Part shown: in pieces, positions 1-9,377 of the stretch
Layout: the number at the start of each line of letters is the position of its first letter
How positions within the stretch are numbered: the stretch's first letter is position 1
Source: an uncultured delta proteobacterium
GTDB taxonomy: Bacteria; Desulfobacterota; Binatia; Binatales; Binataceae
Length of the DNA: 64,000 nucleotides
NCBI GenBank assembly: GCA_963842085.1
Contig: CAWJET010000001.1
Location: 2,688,001 to 2,752,000, forward strand
Direction of reading: 5' to 3'
Program-made: the position numbers and the translations under genes
Notes under the pieces: generated by a model
The model's database searches: none
What the model saw: the letters and a program-made list of their open reading frames with translations, nothing else
Told to the model about the DNA's origin: nothing

Positions 1-678
1 TTGATCGCTGGAATCGCCGCTGCACTTGCGACGCGCGCGCCCAACGCCGAAGTGATCGGCGTCGAGGCTGCAGGCTCACCGCAACTGTCCGCGAGTCTCG
101 CCGCCGGCGCGCCCGCATCGATCGGCCATCCCGTCGACACTATTGCCGACGGTCTGGCCACCGGCCGTATCGGCGCGATTCCGTTCGAGGTGATGCGCGG
201 CCGGGTCAGGCGCGCCGTCACCGTCGACGACTTCGAAATAGGCGAGGCCGTCCTCCTGCTGCTCGAGCGTCTCAAGCTTCTCGCCGAAGGCGCCGGCGCT
301 GCCGCGCTTGCGGGCGCGCTCAAACTCAAGGACGAGCTGAAAGGCAAGACCGTGGTGCTGGTCGTGAGCGGCGGAAATATAGACATGAACCTGCTTGACC
401 GGATTATCGGCCACGGACTAGTGAAGGTCGGGCGGCTGTTTCGAGTCGCCGTCGATTTGCGCGATCGCCCAGGCGAGCTCGGCAAGTTACTGTCAGTCGT
501 CGGCGCGACCGGCGCCAACGTCCGCGCGATCAATCACGATCGCACCCGCCGCGACGTAGCGATCGGCGGCGCCCGCGTGATGCTCGAACTGGAAACTCGC
601 GGCCCCGCCCACATCGAAGGGATCCGCGAGATGCTCAAGCGTCACGGCTATGAGTTTACAGTTCCAGCGCTCGGCTGA
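1..678 (+). CDS. ilvA: Threonine ammonia-lyase (PLP fold II) with C-terminal ACT domain, 5' end outside the window
   Basis: DTIADG, EGAGAA and VSGGNID motifs; ACT domain DRPGELGK...LELETRG. Confidence 0.85.
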   Translation: MIAGIAAALATRAPNAEVIGVEAAGSPQLSASLAAGAPASIGHPVDTIADGLATGRIGAIPFEVMRGRVRRAVTVDDFEIGEAVLLLLERLKLLAEGAGAAALAGALKLKDELKGKTVVLVVSGGNIDMNLLDRIIGHGLVKVGRLFRVAVDLRDRPGELGKLLSVVGATGANVRAINHDRTRRDVAIGGARVMLELETRGPAHIEGIREMLKRHGYEFTVPALG

Positions 679-696
679 ATTTGGAATTTAATCGTG

Positions 697-719
697 GTGA
701 AACCCGTCGTGGGTTTCAC
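697..719. terminator. Perfect hairpin GTGAAACCC-GTCGT-GGGTTTCAC between convergent genes; second copy at 47701-47729
   Basis: 9-bp perfect inverted repeat in the intergenic gap between ilvA and the ferredoxin gene. Confidence 0.6.
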
Positions 720-728
720 ACTTCCTTG

Positions 729-761
729 GGCAGGGGTGACCCCTGCACCCAATGTTAAGAG
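729..761. repeat. REP-like palindromic element, left arm of an inverted pair (partner 1781-1813)
   Basis: GGCAGGGGTGACCCCTGCACCCAATGTTAAGAG; its reverse complement matches 1781-1813 at 30/33 positions. Confidence 0.75.
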
Positions 762-1634
762 TCACGAGAACATCGACGCGATGCCGGTCGGCCTCACCAG
801 CTTGCCTGCCGGCTTCATCGAATGTGCCAGCGCTTCCAGCTTTTGCTTGAACGCTTCCATCTCGGCCGCCTGCTTGGCTTCGAACGCCGCGGCCTCGCGC
901 GCGCGCTTGCGCTCGAATGCTTCCCGATCCGCCCGCCGCCGATTGTAGAAACCCTCGAAAGTCTCTTTCACGGCTCGGTACATCGCGGTTTTCGGCACGA
1001 ACGATCCCGAGCACGACGGGCAATGGAAGACCACGCCTTTCTCGAACAGGCGATACGGAATCGTCCACGGCTCGTTGCAATCCTTGCAGATGACAGGCAC
1101 TTCCCATGTCAGCGGATTGAATTCCGCGTTATCTGCTGAAGTCGGCGCGGCCGCTGCTGGAGCGGCCGCCGCGGGCTTGGGCGCCGCCGGCGTTGGCTTG
1201 GGCGCAGCCGCCGCTGGTGCGGACTTGGGCGCGGCCGGCGTCACTGCTGCGCCATTGGTCTTCGCTTCCGCGCCGCCCGCTGCCGGTGCCGGCGCTGCGC
1301 CTTCCTTGCGAAAGCGCGACGGCGCGTCGTCGGCGAACGTCTCGTCGGGATGCAACTGCCGCGCGCGCGCGAGCAACACGGCCTCGGTCTCGAGATTAGC
1401 CGGGTCGGGGATGCAACAATCTACCGGGCATACCGCGGCGCACGCTTCATGATCGTAAAAGCCGACACATTCGGTGCACTTCGACGGCACGATGTAATAG
1501 ATGTCCTGCGCGATCGCAGCACTGGTCGCTCCATTAAGCTCCCACGGCACTCCGCCCGCGTATATCGCCGTGTTCGGACACTCCGGCTCGCACGCTCCGC
1601 AGTTGATACATTCGCTCGTGATCGTCGTCGCCAT
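762..1634 (-). CDS. YfhL-type 2x[4Fe-4S] ferredoxin fused through an Ala/Pro linker to a CxxC...CxxC zinc ribbon and a charged helix
   Basis: CINCGACEPECP and CTECVG...CAAVCPVDCC; C-terminal CKDC...CPSC. Confidence 0.85.
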   Translation of the reverse strand: MATTITSECINCGACEPECPNTAIYAGGVPWELNGATSAAIAQDIYYIVPSKCTECVGFYDHEACAAVCPVDCCIPDPANLETEAVLLARARQLHPDETFADDAPSRFRKEGAAPAPAAGGAEAKTNGAAVTPAAPKSAPAAAAPKPTPAAPKPAAAAPAAAAPTSADNAEFNPLTWEVPVICKDCNEPWTIPYRLFEKGVVFHCPSCSGSFVPKTAMYRAVKETFEGFYNRRRADREAFERKRAREAAAFEAKQAAEMEAFKQKLEALAHSMKPAGKLVRPTGIASMFS

Positions 1635-1780
1635 CTGGTGAACCCCGGTCTATCGAGAAGTCTCGCGTGTGATCAACTTGAAACTCTAACAACGGTGATT
1701 TCAGCGGGCAATCGCTCCCCCACTAACTGTTCCAATAAGACCCTACGGCGTCTCGCCCAGGGTAAACTCCGCCCGCATCT

Positions 1781-1813
1781 CTCTTAACACTGGGTGCATG
1801 GGTCACCTCTGCC
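1781..1813. repeat. REP-like element, right arm of the inverted pair around the ferredoxin gene
   Basis: CTCTTAACACTGGGTGCATGGGTCACCTCTGCC. Confidence 0.75.
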
Positions 1814-1897
1814 TTTTCGCCGCGCCGCGGTTTTGACTATGCTGGGCGCGAAGCCGCGGTACCAAACGTCGCTCACGACCGCAGGAGTGTCTCGCAC

Positions 1898-3085
1898 ATG
1901 GATCTTCAATTCACGGCCGAAGAAGAAGCATTTCGACTCAAGGTCCGCGGATGGCTCGCCGAGAACATGCCGGCCAGCGGCCTCTCCGATAATCGCGAGG
2001 GCCGCGACGACAAAACCTGGCTGATCCGGGCCAAGGCCTGGCAGCGCCGCTTGTACGACGCCGGCTACGTCGCGCTCGCGTGGCCGAAAGAATACGGCGG
2101 GCAGGCGATGGACCCCGTGCGCCAATCGATCGTCAACGACGAGATGGTCCGGGCCAGGGCGCCGTACCTCGTCGGCGGGTCGGGACTCGGGATGCTCGGG
2201 CCGACGCTCATCTCGTGGGGCAGCGAGGAACAGAAGCAGCGCTACCTGCCGAAGATTCTCACCGCCGAAGAAATCTGGTGTCAGGGCTATTCGGAGCCGG
2301 GCGCCGGCTCAGATTTGGCTTCACTGAAAACACGTGCGGAAATCGTCGGCGACGAGTTCGTCGTCAACGGCCAGAAAGTCTGGACCTCGGGCGCGCAGTA
2401 CGCCGACATGATGTTCTGCCTGGTGCGCACCGACCCCGAGGCGCCCAAGCATCGCGGCATTTCATACATCCTCATCGACATGCACACGCCCGGAATCACC
2501 GTGCGTCCGCTCGTTCAAATGACCGGCGATCGCGGCTTCAACGAAGTCTTTTTCGACAACGTCCGCGTGCCGCGCAAAAACCTGGTCGCCAAACTCAACG
2601 AGGGATGGATCGTCGCCAACGCCACGCTCTTTCACGAGCGCAACATGCTCGGCTCCGCCAGCGGCAGCGAGCAGCGCTTCAATCGTCTGCTCGCGCTGGC
2701 CAAATCGATCACGCGCGGCGGACGCCCGCTCACCGAGGATCCCGTGTTCCGCCAGCGGCTTGCGGACCTGGAAATCCGTGTCGAGGCGATGCGCTTTCAC
2801 GCGCTGCGCCAGCTCACCGATCAGATTCGCGGCAAGAATCCGGGCGTCGAGGCGATGATCAACAAGCTGGTCGGTACCGAGCTGAATCACGACCTCGCCA
2901 CCGCCGCGATGGAAGCGATGGGCGACTACTCGATGCTCGCGCGCGAGGACGAAGCTGCACTAGATCACGCCTACTGGCCGTACGAATGGATGTTCTCGCT
3001 AGGCCTGGTGATCGGCGGCGGCACTTCGCACATCCAGAAAAACATAATCGCCGAGCGCGGCCTGAAAATGCCCAAATCCCGCTGA
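1898..3085 (+). CDS. Acyl-CoA dehydrogenase (FadE-like, probable catalytic subunit)
   Basis: WCQGYSEPGAGSDLA, NGQKVWTS, FNEVFFDNV, IGGGTSHIQKNIIAER; SD AGGAG upstream. Confidence 0.92.
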   Translation: MDLQFTAEEEAFRLKVRGWLAENMPASGLSDNREGRDDKTWLIRAKAWQRRLYDAGYVALAWPKEYGGQAMDPVRQSIVNDEMVRARAPYLVGGSGLGMLGPTLISWGSEEQKQRYLPKILTAEEIWCQGYSEPGAGSDLASLKTRAEIVGDEFVVNGQKVWTSGAQYADMMFCLVRTDPEAPKHRGISYILIDMHTPGITVRPLVQMTGDRGFNEVFFDNVRVPRKNLVAKLNEGWIVANATLFHERNMLGSASGSEQRFNRLLALAKSITRGGRPLTEDPVFRQRLADLEIRVEAMRFHALRQLTDQIRGKNPGVEAMINKLVGTELNHDLATAAMEAMGDYSMLAREDEAALDHAYWPYEWMFSLGLVIGGGTSHIQKNIIAERGLKMPKSR

Positions 3086-3093
3086 CCTGACCT

Positions 3094-3158
3094 ACCTCGC
3101 CCGTTACACGGGAGAGGTCGCGGACGACGACCAGTCGGCCGAGGGTGAGGGTGCAGCG
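3094..3158. repeat. BoxC-like intergenic palindromic repeat
   Basis: ACCTCGCCCGT-TAC-ACGGGAGAGGT...GGGTGAGGGTGCAGCG; related to 34040-34081 and, degenerate on the reverse strand, 11896-11935. Confidence 0.6.
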
Positions 3159-3184
3159 AGACAAGCTGAATCAAAGGACCAACA

Positions 3185-4288
3185 ATGGATTTCGGACTAA
3201 GCGAAGAACAGCAGCAACTCAAGGAAAGCGCGCGCGCATTTCTGAGCGGCGAATGCCCCACGACGTACGTGCGAAAAGTGATGGCCACCGACGACGGCTA
3301 TCCGCGCGAACTCTACGACCAGGTCGCGAAGCTCGGATGGACCGGGTTGATTGTTCCCGAGAAATTCGGCGGCGCGGGACTCGGGATGCTCGACATGACG
3401 ATGATTCTCGAAGAGAGCGGCTACGCCGCGATGCCGGGGCCATTCCTGTTCTCGTCGGCGCTCGCAGCGAGCGCACTCAAACTAAGCGGCTCTGAACAGC
3501 TCAAGTCAAAGTGGCTCGCCGCGCTCGCGGAGGGCACCGCGGTCGGCGCCGTCGCGGTCGTCGAAAGCGCCGGCAGCATCGATGCGCGCGATATCAACGC
3601 AATCGCGATGAAAGGCGGCGGGGGATGGCATCTCAACGGGGCCAAGATGTTCGTTCCGTATGCCAACGTCGCCAACTTCATTGTCGTCGCCGCCAAACAT
3701 GATTCTGCGATTTTCCTGTTCGTTGTCGACACGAAATCGCCGGGCGTCACGATCCGCCCGCTCAAGAACCTCGATCTGACGCGCCGCGTTTCCAGCGTCG
3801 AACTCAAGAGCGCTCCCGCCGAGCGGCTGAAAGGTGGTACTGATCTCTTCCCAAAGCTGATCGACGTTGCCGCTATCGCCGTCGCTGCCGACTCGCTTGG
3901 CGGCACCGAACGCGCACTCGAGATGGCCGTTGACTACTCGAAAGTCCGCGAGCAGTTCGGCAAGCCGATTGGCTCGTTCCAGGCGCTCAAGCACGCCGCT
4001 GCCGAAATCGTCGCCGACCTCGAACCCGCGCGCGCGATGCTCTGGTACGCCGCCTATGCATTAGACACCGGCGCCGCCGATGCCTCGCGCACGGCCGCGA
4101 TGGCGAAAGCGCGCCTGTGCGATATCTACAGCCGCGGCACCGATCGCGCCGTTCTGATGCACGGCGGAATCGGCTTCACCTGGGAGCACGACATGCATCT
4201 GTGGTTCAAGCGCGCGCGCTTCAACGAGTCCTGCTTCGGCTCGCCCGCGTTCCATCGCGAGCGTGTCGCCATCCTTGGCGCGTATTGA
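3185..4288 (+). CDS. Acyl-CoA dehydrogenase family protein (short partner subunit of a heteromeric ACAD)
   Basis: MDFGLSEEQ, REQFGKPIGSFQALKH, HGGIGFTWEHDMHL. Confidence 0.9.
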   Translation: MDFGLSEEQQQLKESARAFLSGECPTTYVRKVMATDDGYPRELYDQVAKLGWTGLIVPEKFGGAGLGMLDMTMILEESGYAAMPGPFLFSSALAASALKLSGSEQLKSKWLAALAEGTAVGAVAVVESAGSIDARDINAIAMKGGGGWHLNGAKMFVPYANVANFIVVAAKHDSAIFLFVVDTKSPGVTIRPLKNLDLTRRVSSVELKSAPAERLKGGTDLFPKLIDVAAIAVAADSLGGTERALEMAVDYSKVREQFGKPIGSFQALKHAAAEIVADLEPARAMLWYAAYALDTGAADASRTAAMAKARLCDIYSRGTDRAVLMHGGIGFTWEHDMHLWFKRARFNESCFGSPAFHRERVAILGAY

Positions 4289-4298
4289 GGCGGCCCGC

Positions 4299-5318
4299 GT
4301 GAAGTTCGACATCTTCTACCAACTCCCGGAAGCTGCCAGTCAAATCACCAGCGAGCGCTATCGCGAGCTGATCGCGGAAGCGGCCGAGGCCGACCGCCTC
4401 GGCTTCAACACGGTGTGGCTCGCCGAGGTGCATTTCGCGCCGCGCTTTTCCGTGATGCCGACGCCGCTGATGCTGCTGGCCGCGATCGCCGAGCGCACGA
4501 CCAACATCCGCCTCGGCATGGCTGTCAACCTGATGCCGCTGCATCATCCGATTCGCCTGGCCGAGGAGGTCGCGACGCTCGACGTGCTGAGCGGCGGTCG
4601 CGTCGAGTTCGGCGCCGGCCGCGGCGCGTTCCCGCTCAACTATCGCGGCTACGGCGTCGAGATGGCGAACAGCCGCAAGCTGTTCGAAGACGGACTCGCA
4701 ACCGTCAAGGCGGCATGGACGCAAAAGCGTGTTGACGGGGTCGAGGTTGTTCCTAAACCTCTTCAGCGGCCTCATCCGCCGATCCGGCTCGCCGCCAACA
4801 GCGCCGACACGTTCACTTTCGCAGGCGCAAATCGCTATCCAATCTTCGCCGGCGGTCCGGTGAATCCCATCCCCGTACTCGCCGAGCGGCTCAAGATTTA
4901 CGAGACCGCGCTAAGAAGCGCGGGACACGAGCGGCCCGACGATTGGCTGGCCGCGGCGCTGATGGTGTTCGTCGGACGCGATCGCGCGCATGTCCGCGCC
5001 ACGATCGAGCCAAGCATCCGCAACTACTTCAACGCGGTCAGCGAAATCATCGAGCCTGAGAGCCTCGCCGCCGGCCATCAGGCGGAATTCCAGAAAGTCC
5101 GCGACCGCCTGCGCACGATCGACTACTCGACCGTCGATTCGATCATGGGAATTTTCGGCGACCCCGAATACTGCATCGACCGGATCGCGCAACTGAAAGA
5201 GCAATTCGGTTTCACCCGCCTGGTTTGCTGGTTCGAAATAGGCGGCATCAGCGGCCACCAGCACGTACTAACCGCAATGCGCCAATTCGCCGACCGCGTG
5301 ATGCCCAAATTTCAATGA
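4299..5318 (+). CDS. LLM-class (luciferase-like) flavin-dependent oxidoreductase
   Basis: GTG start at 4299 after GAGG; WLAEVHF, HPIRLAEEVATLDVLSGGRVEFGAGRG, PKPLQRPHPP. Confidence 0.88.
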   Translation: MKFDIFYQLPEAASQITSERYRELIAEAAEADRLGFNTVWLAEVHFAPRFSVMPTPLMLLAAIAERTTNIRLGMAVNLMPLHHPIRLAEEVATLDVLSGGRVEFGAGRGAFPLNYRGYGVEMANSRKLFEDGLATVKAAWTQKRVDGVEVVPKPLQRPHPPIRLAANSADTFTFAGANRYPIFAGGPVNPIPVLAERLKIYETALRSAGHERPDDWLAAALMVFVGRDRAHVRATIEPSIRNYFNAVSEIIEPESLAAGHQAEFQKVRDRLRTIDYSTVDSIMGIFGDPEYCIDRIAQLKEQFGFTRLVCWFEIGGISGHQHVLTAMRQFADRVMPKFQ

Positions 5319-7072
5319 TGCGGCGCTTCTGCCGCCATTTTCACCGCGCGCAGGATATCGGTCTTGGTTACGATTCCTTGCAGAGCGCCGGCGCCGTCCG
5401 TCACCAGCAGCATCTGCGCGCCGCGCTCGCGCACCAGTAGGCGCAAGGCCTCGCTCAGATCGCAATCCTCCATCACGCGAATCGCGTCGCGGTCCGTGAA
5501 TTCGCCGACGGTGGTTTTGTCCCAATTCTCGGGCGCGGCTCGGCTCACATCGGATACCGAAATCGTGCCCGCGACTTTGTCGCCCTCGTACACCGGGAAG
5601 ATTGTGTGCCGGTGATGGGCCACGACACTCGCGGCGAACTCGCGAATCGTTGACCTGTCTTGCACGGAGATTACGCGCCGCTGCATCACATCTCGCACCG
5701 CCATTCCGGATAGCTCCGCGAGTTTGGCCGTCTCGTGAAGATGCTGATCGCCGGAAACCGACGCTTCGCCCGAGATTGCGTACGCGACCGCAGCGCCGAT
5801 GAGGCTTGGGATGATGTACGAATGGCCGCCGGTGGTTTCCGCGACGAAGACCACGGCCGTGAGCGGGGCTTTGTAGCCAGCCGCGATGAACGCCGCCATC
5901 CCGACCGCAGCGTAGAGGTCGTGCGTCGGCGCGTGAACGATCGATTGCCCGTAGGCGTTGCCGATCGCTCCGCCGACCAGTAACAGCGGCACGAACATCG
6001 CGCTGACTCCTCCCGAGCCCAGTGAAAAAATCGTCGCGAGCAGCTTCAACGCGGCGAATGTCAGCAGCACCTCGGTCGGCAGCGGATGCTTGAGCACGTA
6101 GCGCACGGCCTCGTAGTTGGGGCCGATCGGAATGAGCGGCCCGTTGTAAATCGTCACGAACGCGAGGCCGCACAGCCCCGTGCCGAGCCCGCCGATCGTG
6201 AGCTTCAGCCAATGCGGTATCCGTCTGGTTATGGAAAACACGCGCACGCGGCGAAACGTGATGTCGTAGATGATCGCGAGCAGCCCGATTCCGGCGCCCA
6301 GCAGCGCCGACCAGGCGATGTCGACGGCCTTGAAGCTGGTGCTGCCCGCGAAACCGAACAACGGCTGCGCGCCGACGATCGACACCAGCGTCGCGTAAGC
6401 AACCACCGACGCGATCAGCGACGGCAGCAGCGCTTCGTGCGCGAGGTCGTCCTTGTACGGCATCTCGAGCGCGAACACGATGCCGGTCAGCGGCGCGCGG
6501 AAGACGGCGGACATTCCAGCCGCCGCGCCGCTGATCAGCATGATGCGGCGGTCGCGAACTTCGAGACCGAAACGGCGCAGCTTGGTCCATAGCCACGATC
6601 CAATCGCGCCGCCGCTGTAGATGCTCGGTCCCTCGAGCGCCGCGCTGCCGCCCGAGCCGACGGTGGTCACGGCGGCGAGCAGCTTCCACCAGAACGAACC
6701 GATGTCGATGTCGCCCTGATGCTCGTGGTAGGAGCGCACGATCTCCTCGGTCGAGTGTACGTCGGGGTCGGGTGTGCGGAACTGCATAATCAAGCCCGTC
6801 ACCGAGAAGCCGACGACAAGTCCGACCACGATTGCCCAATGATGATCAAGATAGTAGGGAAGTAATGCCGCCCAGATGACGTCGAGAATGAGTACGGCGA
6901 TTCCGGTGACGATGAGGCCTGCCAGGATGCCGATGATCGGCGCGACGAGAAGCCACTTCTGGATGTCGCGCGAGTACGTTGCCGTCAGGTCTTCATTGAC
7001 CAGCGCGGTGTACTTTCGCAGTAGGGGATGTTTGAAAAACCTCGAATCCAGGAAGTTCGCGAAGATTCCCAA
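5312..7072 (-). CDS. CLC-family chloride channel/antiporter with C-terminal CBS pair
   Basis: GSGGSAALEGP, GAAAGMSAVFRAPLTG, many TM helices; CBS motifs VRDVMQ and GIVTKTDIL. Confidence 0.9.
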   Translation of the reverse strand: MGIFANFLDSRFFKHPLLRKYTALVNEDLTATYSRDIQKWLLVAPIIGILAGLIVTGIAVLILDVIWAALLPYYLDHHWAIVVGLVVGFSVTGLIMQFRTPDPDVHSTEEIVRSYHEHQGDIDIGSFWWKLLAAVTTVGSGGSAALEGPSIYSGGAIGSWLWTKLRRFGLEVRDRRIMLISGAAAGMSAVFRAPLTGIVFALEMPYKDDLAHEALLPSLIASVVAYATLVSIVGAQPLFGFAGSTSFKAVDIAWSALLGAGIGLLAIIYDITFRRVRVFSITRRIPHWLKLTIGGLGTGLCGLAFVTIYNGPLIPIGPNYEAVRYVLKHPLPTEVLLTFAALKLLATIFSLGSGGVSAMFVPLLLVGGAIGNAYGQSIVHAPTHDLYAAVGMAAFIAAGYKAPLTAVVFVAETTGGHSYIIPSLIGAAVAYAISGEASVSGDQHLHETAKLAELSGMAVRDVMQRRVISVQDRSTIREFAASVVAHHRHTIFPVYEGDKVAGTISVSDVSRAAPENWDKTTVGEFTDRDAIRVMEDCDLSEALRLLVRERGAQMLLVTDGAGALQGIVTKTDILRAVKMAAEAPHH

Positions 7073-7375
7073 TTCGGCGATCCTTTCCCGGCCCGGAGCC
7101 GGCTCGGCGCGTCACCTACGGCAGCAACGATCAATAGCATGTATCGGGGTGGCACACTCGCCGCAACGAGTGTAGCAGAATTGCCACAAGCAATTAGTTG
7201 CGGAGGGATTGACATATCGAGGAATCGGCAGCGGGTGTGCAGTGTGAAGCGATGTTCAACGTCCAAATTAAGGATTTGCGGGCTATCGAGGGCTTCAATC
7301 GCCTTCGCAACACCATACGTCGGCTAGGCTTAATGTTCCGCTTCATGTCATGATTCGAACTTAAGCTCAGATAAA

Positions 7376-7391
7376 TGGCACGGCAATTGGA
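7376..7391 (+). promoter_or_regulatory. Candidate sigma-54 (-24/-12) promoter of the response regulator
   Basis: TGGCACGGCAATTGGA matches TGGCAC-N5-TTGC except GG for GC at -12; about 95 nt upstream of the ATG. Confidence 0.4.
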
Positions 7392-7485
7392 TCATCAGCC
7401 ACTAGGGATTTCACCCGGTTTCGTCTAGGCAACTTTCATTGAGGGTTTGAAAACCGGCTGCTCCGGTGTTCGTTAGGCGGGGACT

Positions 7486-7962
7486 ATGAGCGACCAAGAA
7501 AAAGAACAAGGCAAAGAAGCCAGTCTATTGAGTCCTGCGGTAAGGATATTTCTCGTTGAGGACAATCCGGACCACGTTTTTATCGCGCTCACCGTGGTGA
7601 GGCAGGTGCTGGGCGATGATATCGAATTGGTGCATGCGCAGAATGCCGACGAGGCGTTGCTGATGATTGCGCAGTTCACCGAGCACGACCGCCCGGATTT
7701 GTTCCTGGTGGATTTACGCCTGCCTGACAACGGCGGCTTCTCCGTGTTGCAAGCCGCGTGCGCGAACGAGGCGCTCACGGCGGTGCCGATGTTTGTGATC
7801 ACCAGCTCGCTCTACGACCGCGACATCGCGGAGAGCTATCAACTCGGTGCGTCCGCGGTTCTGTGCAAGCCGCTCTCGCGCGCCAAGCTGCGCGACGAAC
7901 TGGTGCGCGTGGGAGCACTGCCGCTATCGGAGCGGCCGGACGATCCCGCATATCGCCACTAG
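7486..7962 (+). CDS. Single-domain response regulator (receiver domain)
   Basis: LVEDN, PDLFLVDLRLP (phospho-Asp), ITSS, LCKP. Confidence 0.9.
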   Translation: MSDQEKEQGKEASLLSPAVRIFLVEDNPDHVFIALTVVRQVLGDDIELVHAQNADEALLMIAQFTEHDRPDLFLVDLRLPDNGGFSVLQAACANEALTAVPMFVITSSLYDRDIAESYQLGASAVLCKPLSRAKLRDELVRVGALPLSERPDDPAYRH

Positions 7963-8127
7963 TCAAGTCTGATTGCATACCTTATGCGGGCCGTGAGTCG
8001 AGCAACTCACGGCCCGTTCGCTTTTGCCGGCTTGACGCTCGCGACAGCAAATAGGATTCTCGCTGACGGTCCGCCCGACCGAAGGCGGGACCAGCATTGC
8101 GGCGAAAATCATCGCACAGGAGTTGCC

Positions 8128-9369
8128 GTGAAACCCTACACCTTCGAGAACAGCGACGCGCTCATGGAGCGCGCCAGGAAAGTTATCCCCGGCGGCATCT
8201 ACGGCCATCAGACGCCGCTGGTGCTCACCAAGGGCGCCTATCCGTCATTTTTCGCGCGCGGTGAGGGTTCGCACGTCTGGGACGTCGATGGCAACGAGTA
8301 CATCGACTACATGTGCTCCTACGGCCCAATCGTGCTCGGCCATCGGCATCCCAAGGTCGAGGAAGCGGCGCGCCGCCAGATGGATCTAGGTAACTGCTTC
8401 AACGCGCCGGCACCGGTGTGGGTCGAGCTCGCGGAGCATCTTGTCTCGATCACGCCGTTCGCCGACTGGACGGTGTTCGCGAAGAACGGTTCCGACGTGT
8501 GCACCTGGGCGACCGAGGTCTCGCGCCACGCGACCGGGCGGCCGAAGATCGCGATGTGCTCGGGCGCGTACCACGGCACCCATGCGTGGTGCACGCCGCT
8601 GCCCGGAGGAGTGACGCCGGAAGATCGCGCGAACGTGGTTTATTTTCGATACAACGATCTCGACAGCCTCCGCCGCGCGGTCGAGGAAAACAGCGGCCAG
8701 ATTGCGGGCGTAATCGTGTCGCCGTTCAAGCACGACGCCGGCCACGACTCGGAGCTGCCGGTCGAAGGATTCCTGTCGGGCGTGCGCAAGATCTGCGACG
8801 ACAACGGCATCGTCCTCATCCTCGACGACGTGCGCGCCGGCTTCCGGCTGCACATGGGCGGCTCGGGCGAGTTGTTCGGAGTGCGCCCAGACCTCGCGAC
8901 TTACTGCAAAGCTATTGCCAACGGCTATCCTCTCGCCGCGTGCCTTGGGCGTGACAGCCTGAAGCAGGCGGCGCAGGAAGTGTTTTTCACGGGGTCGTAT
9001 TTCACCAGCGCGGTGCCGATGGCGGCGAGCCTGGCGAATCTCAAGGAGCTGCAGGCGAGCGGCGGAATCGAGCGTATGCGCGCGACGGGCGAGAAGCTGC
9101 GCACGGGGCTGCTCGCGCAGGCGCGCAGCACCGGACTCGAGGTGACGTACTCCGGGCCGCCGGCGCTGCCGTACATGACGTTCAAGGCCGACGCCGGGCA
9201 CCACGATCGCGCCAAGGTTTTCTGCGGCGTGTGTTCGCGCGGCGGCGTGTACTTTGCTCCGCGTCACAACTGGTTCATCTCGGCCGCGCACACCGAGCGC
9301 GACATCGAGCAGACGCTGAATGTCACCGAGCAAGCGTTCGCAGCCGTGCGCAAGCAGTTCGGCGCGTAG
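8128..9369 (+). CDS. Class III aminotransferase, glutamate-1-semialdehyde aminomutase-like
   Basis: GTG at 8128 with SD AGGAG; WDVDGNEYIDY, GPIVLGH, LILDDVRAGFR, YCKAIANG. Confidence 0.85.
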   Translation: MKPYTFENSDALMERARKVIPGGIYGHQTPLVLTKGAYPSFFARGEGSHVWDVDGNEYIDYMCSYGPIVLGHRHPKVEEAARRQMDLGNCFNAPAPVWVELAEHLVSITPFADWTVFAKNGSDVCTWATEVSRHATGRPKIAMCSGAYHGTHAWCTPLPGGVTPEDRANVVYFRYNDLDSLRRAVEENSGQIAGVIVSPFKHDAGHDSELPVEGFLSGVRKICDDNGIVLILDDVRAGFRLHMGGSGELFGVRPDLATYCKAIANGYPLAACLGRDSLKQAAQEVFFTGSYFTSAVPMAASLANLKELQASGGIERMRATGEKLRTGLLAQARSTGLEVTYSGPPALPYMTFKADAGHHDRAKVFCGVCSRGGVYFAPRHNWFISAAHTERDIEQTLNVTEQAFAAVRKQFGA

Positions 9370-9377
9370 GCGCGGAG

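Noticed and set aside
1140-1300. GC-rich quasi-repeats as a DNA repeat element
   Set aside because: Explained by the Ala/Pro/Lys linker codons of the ferredoxin fusion.
697-1813. Palindromic repeats as a CRISPR array
   Set aside because: Copies are dispersed or inverted, not regularly spaced, and there are no cas genes.
5268-6839. Long alternative-frame or antisense ORFs (this one, 2080-3090, 25475-26788 and others)
   Set aside because: Arg/Ala-rich, motif-free shadows expected in high-GC DNA over well-supported genes.
7073-7200. Fluoride riboswitch or CLC-F fluoride exporter
   Set aside because: No crcB riboswitch consensus is visible on the minus strand, and the protein has LEGP, not the CLC-F GREGT signature.
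8128-9369. Calling this gene hemL
   Set aside because: The fold is GSAM-like but the motifs diverge (NGSD, DDVRAG) and there is no tetrapyrrole gene context.
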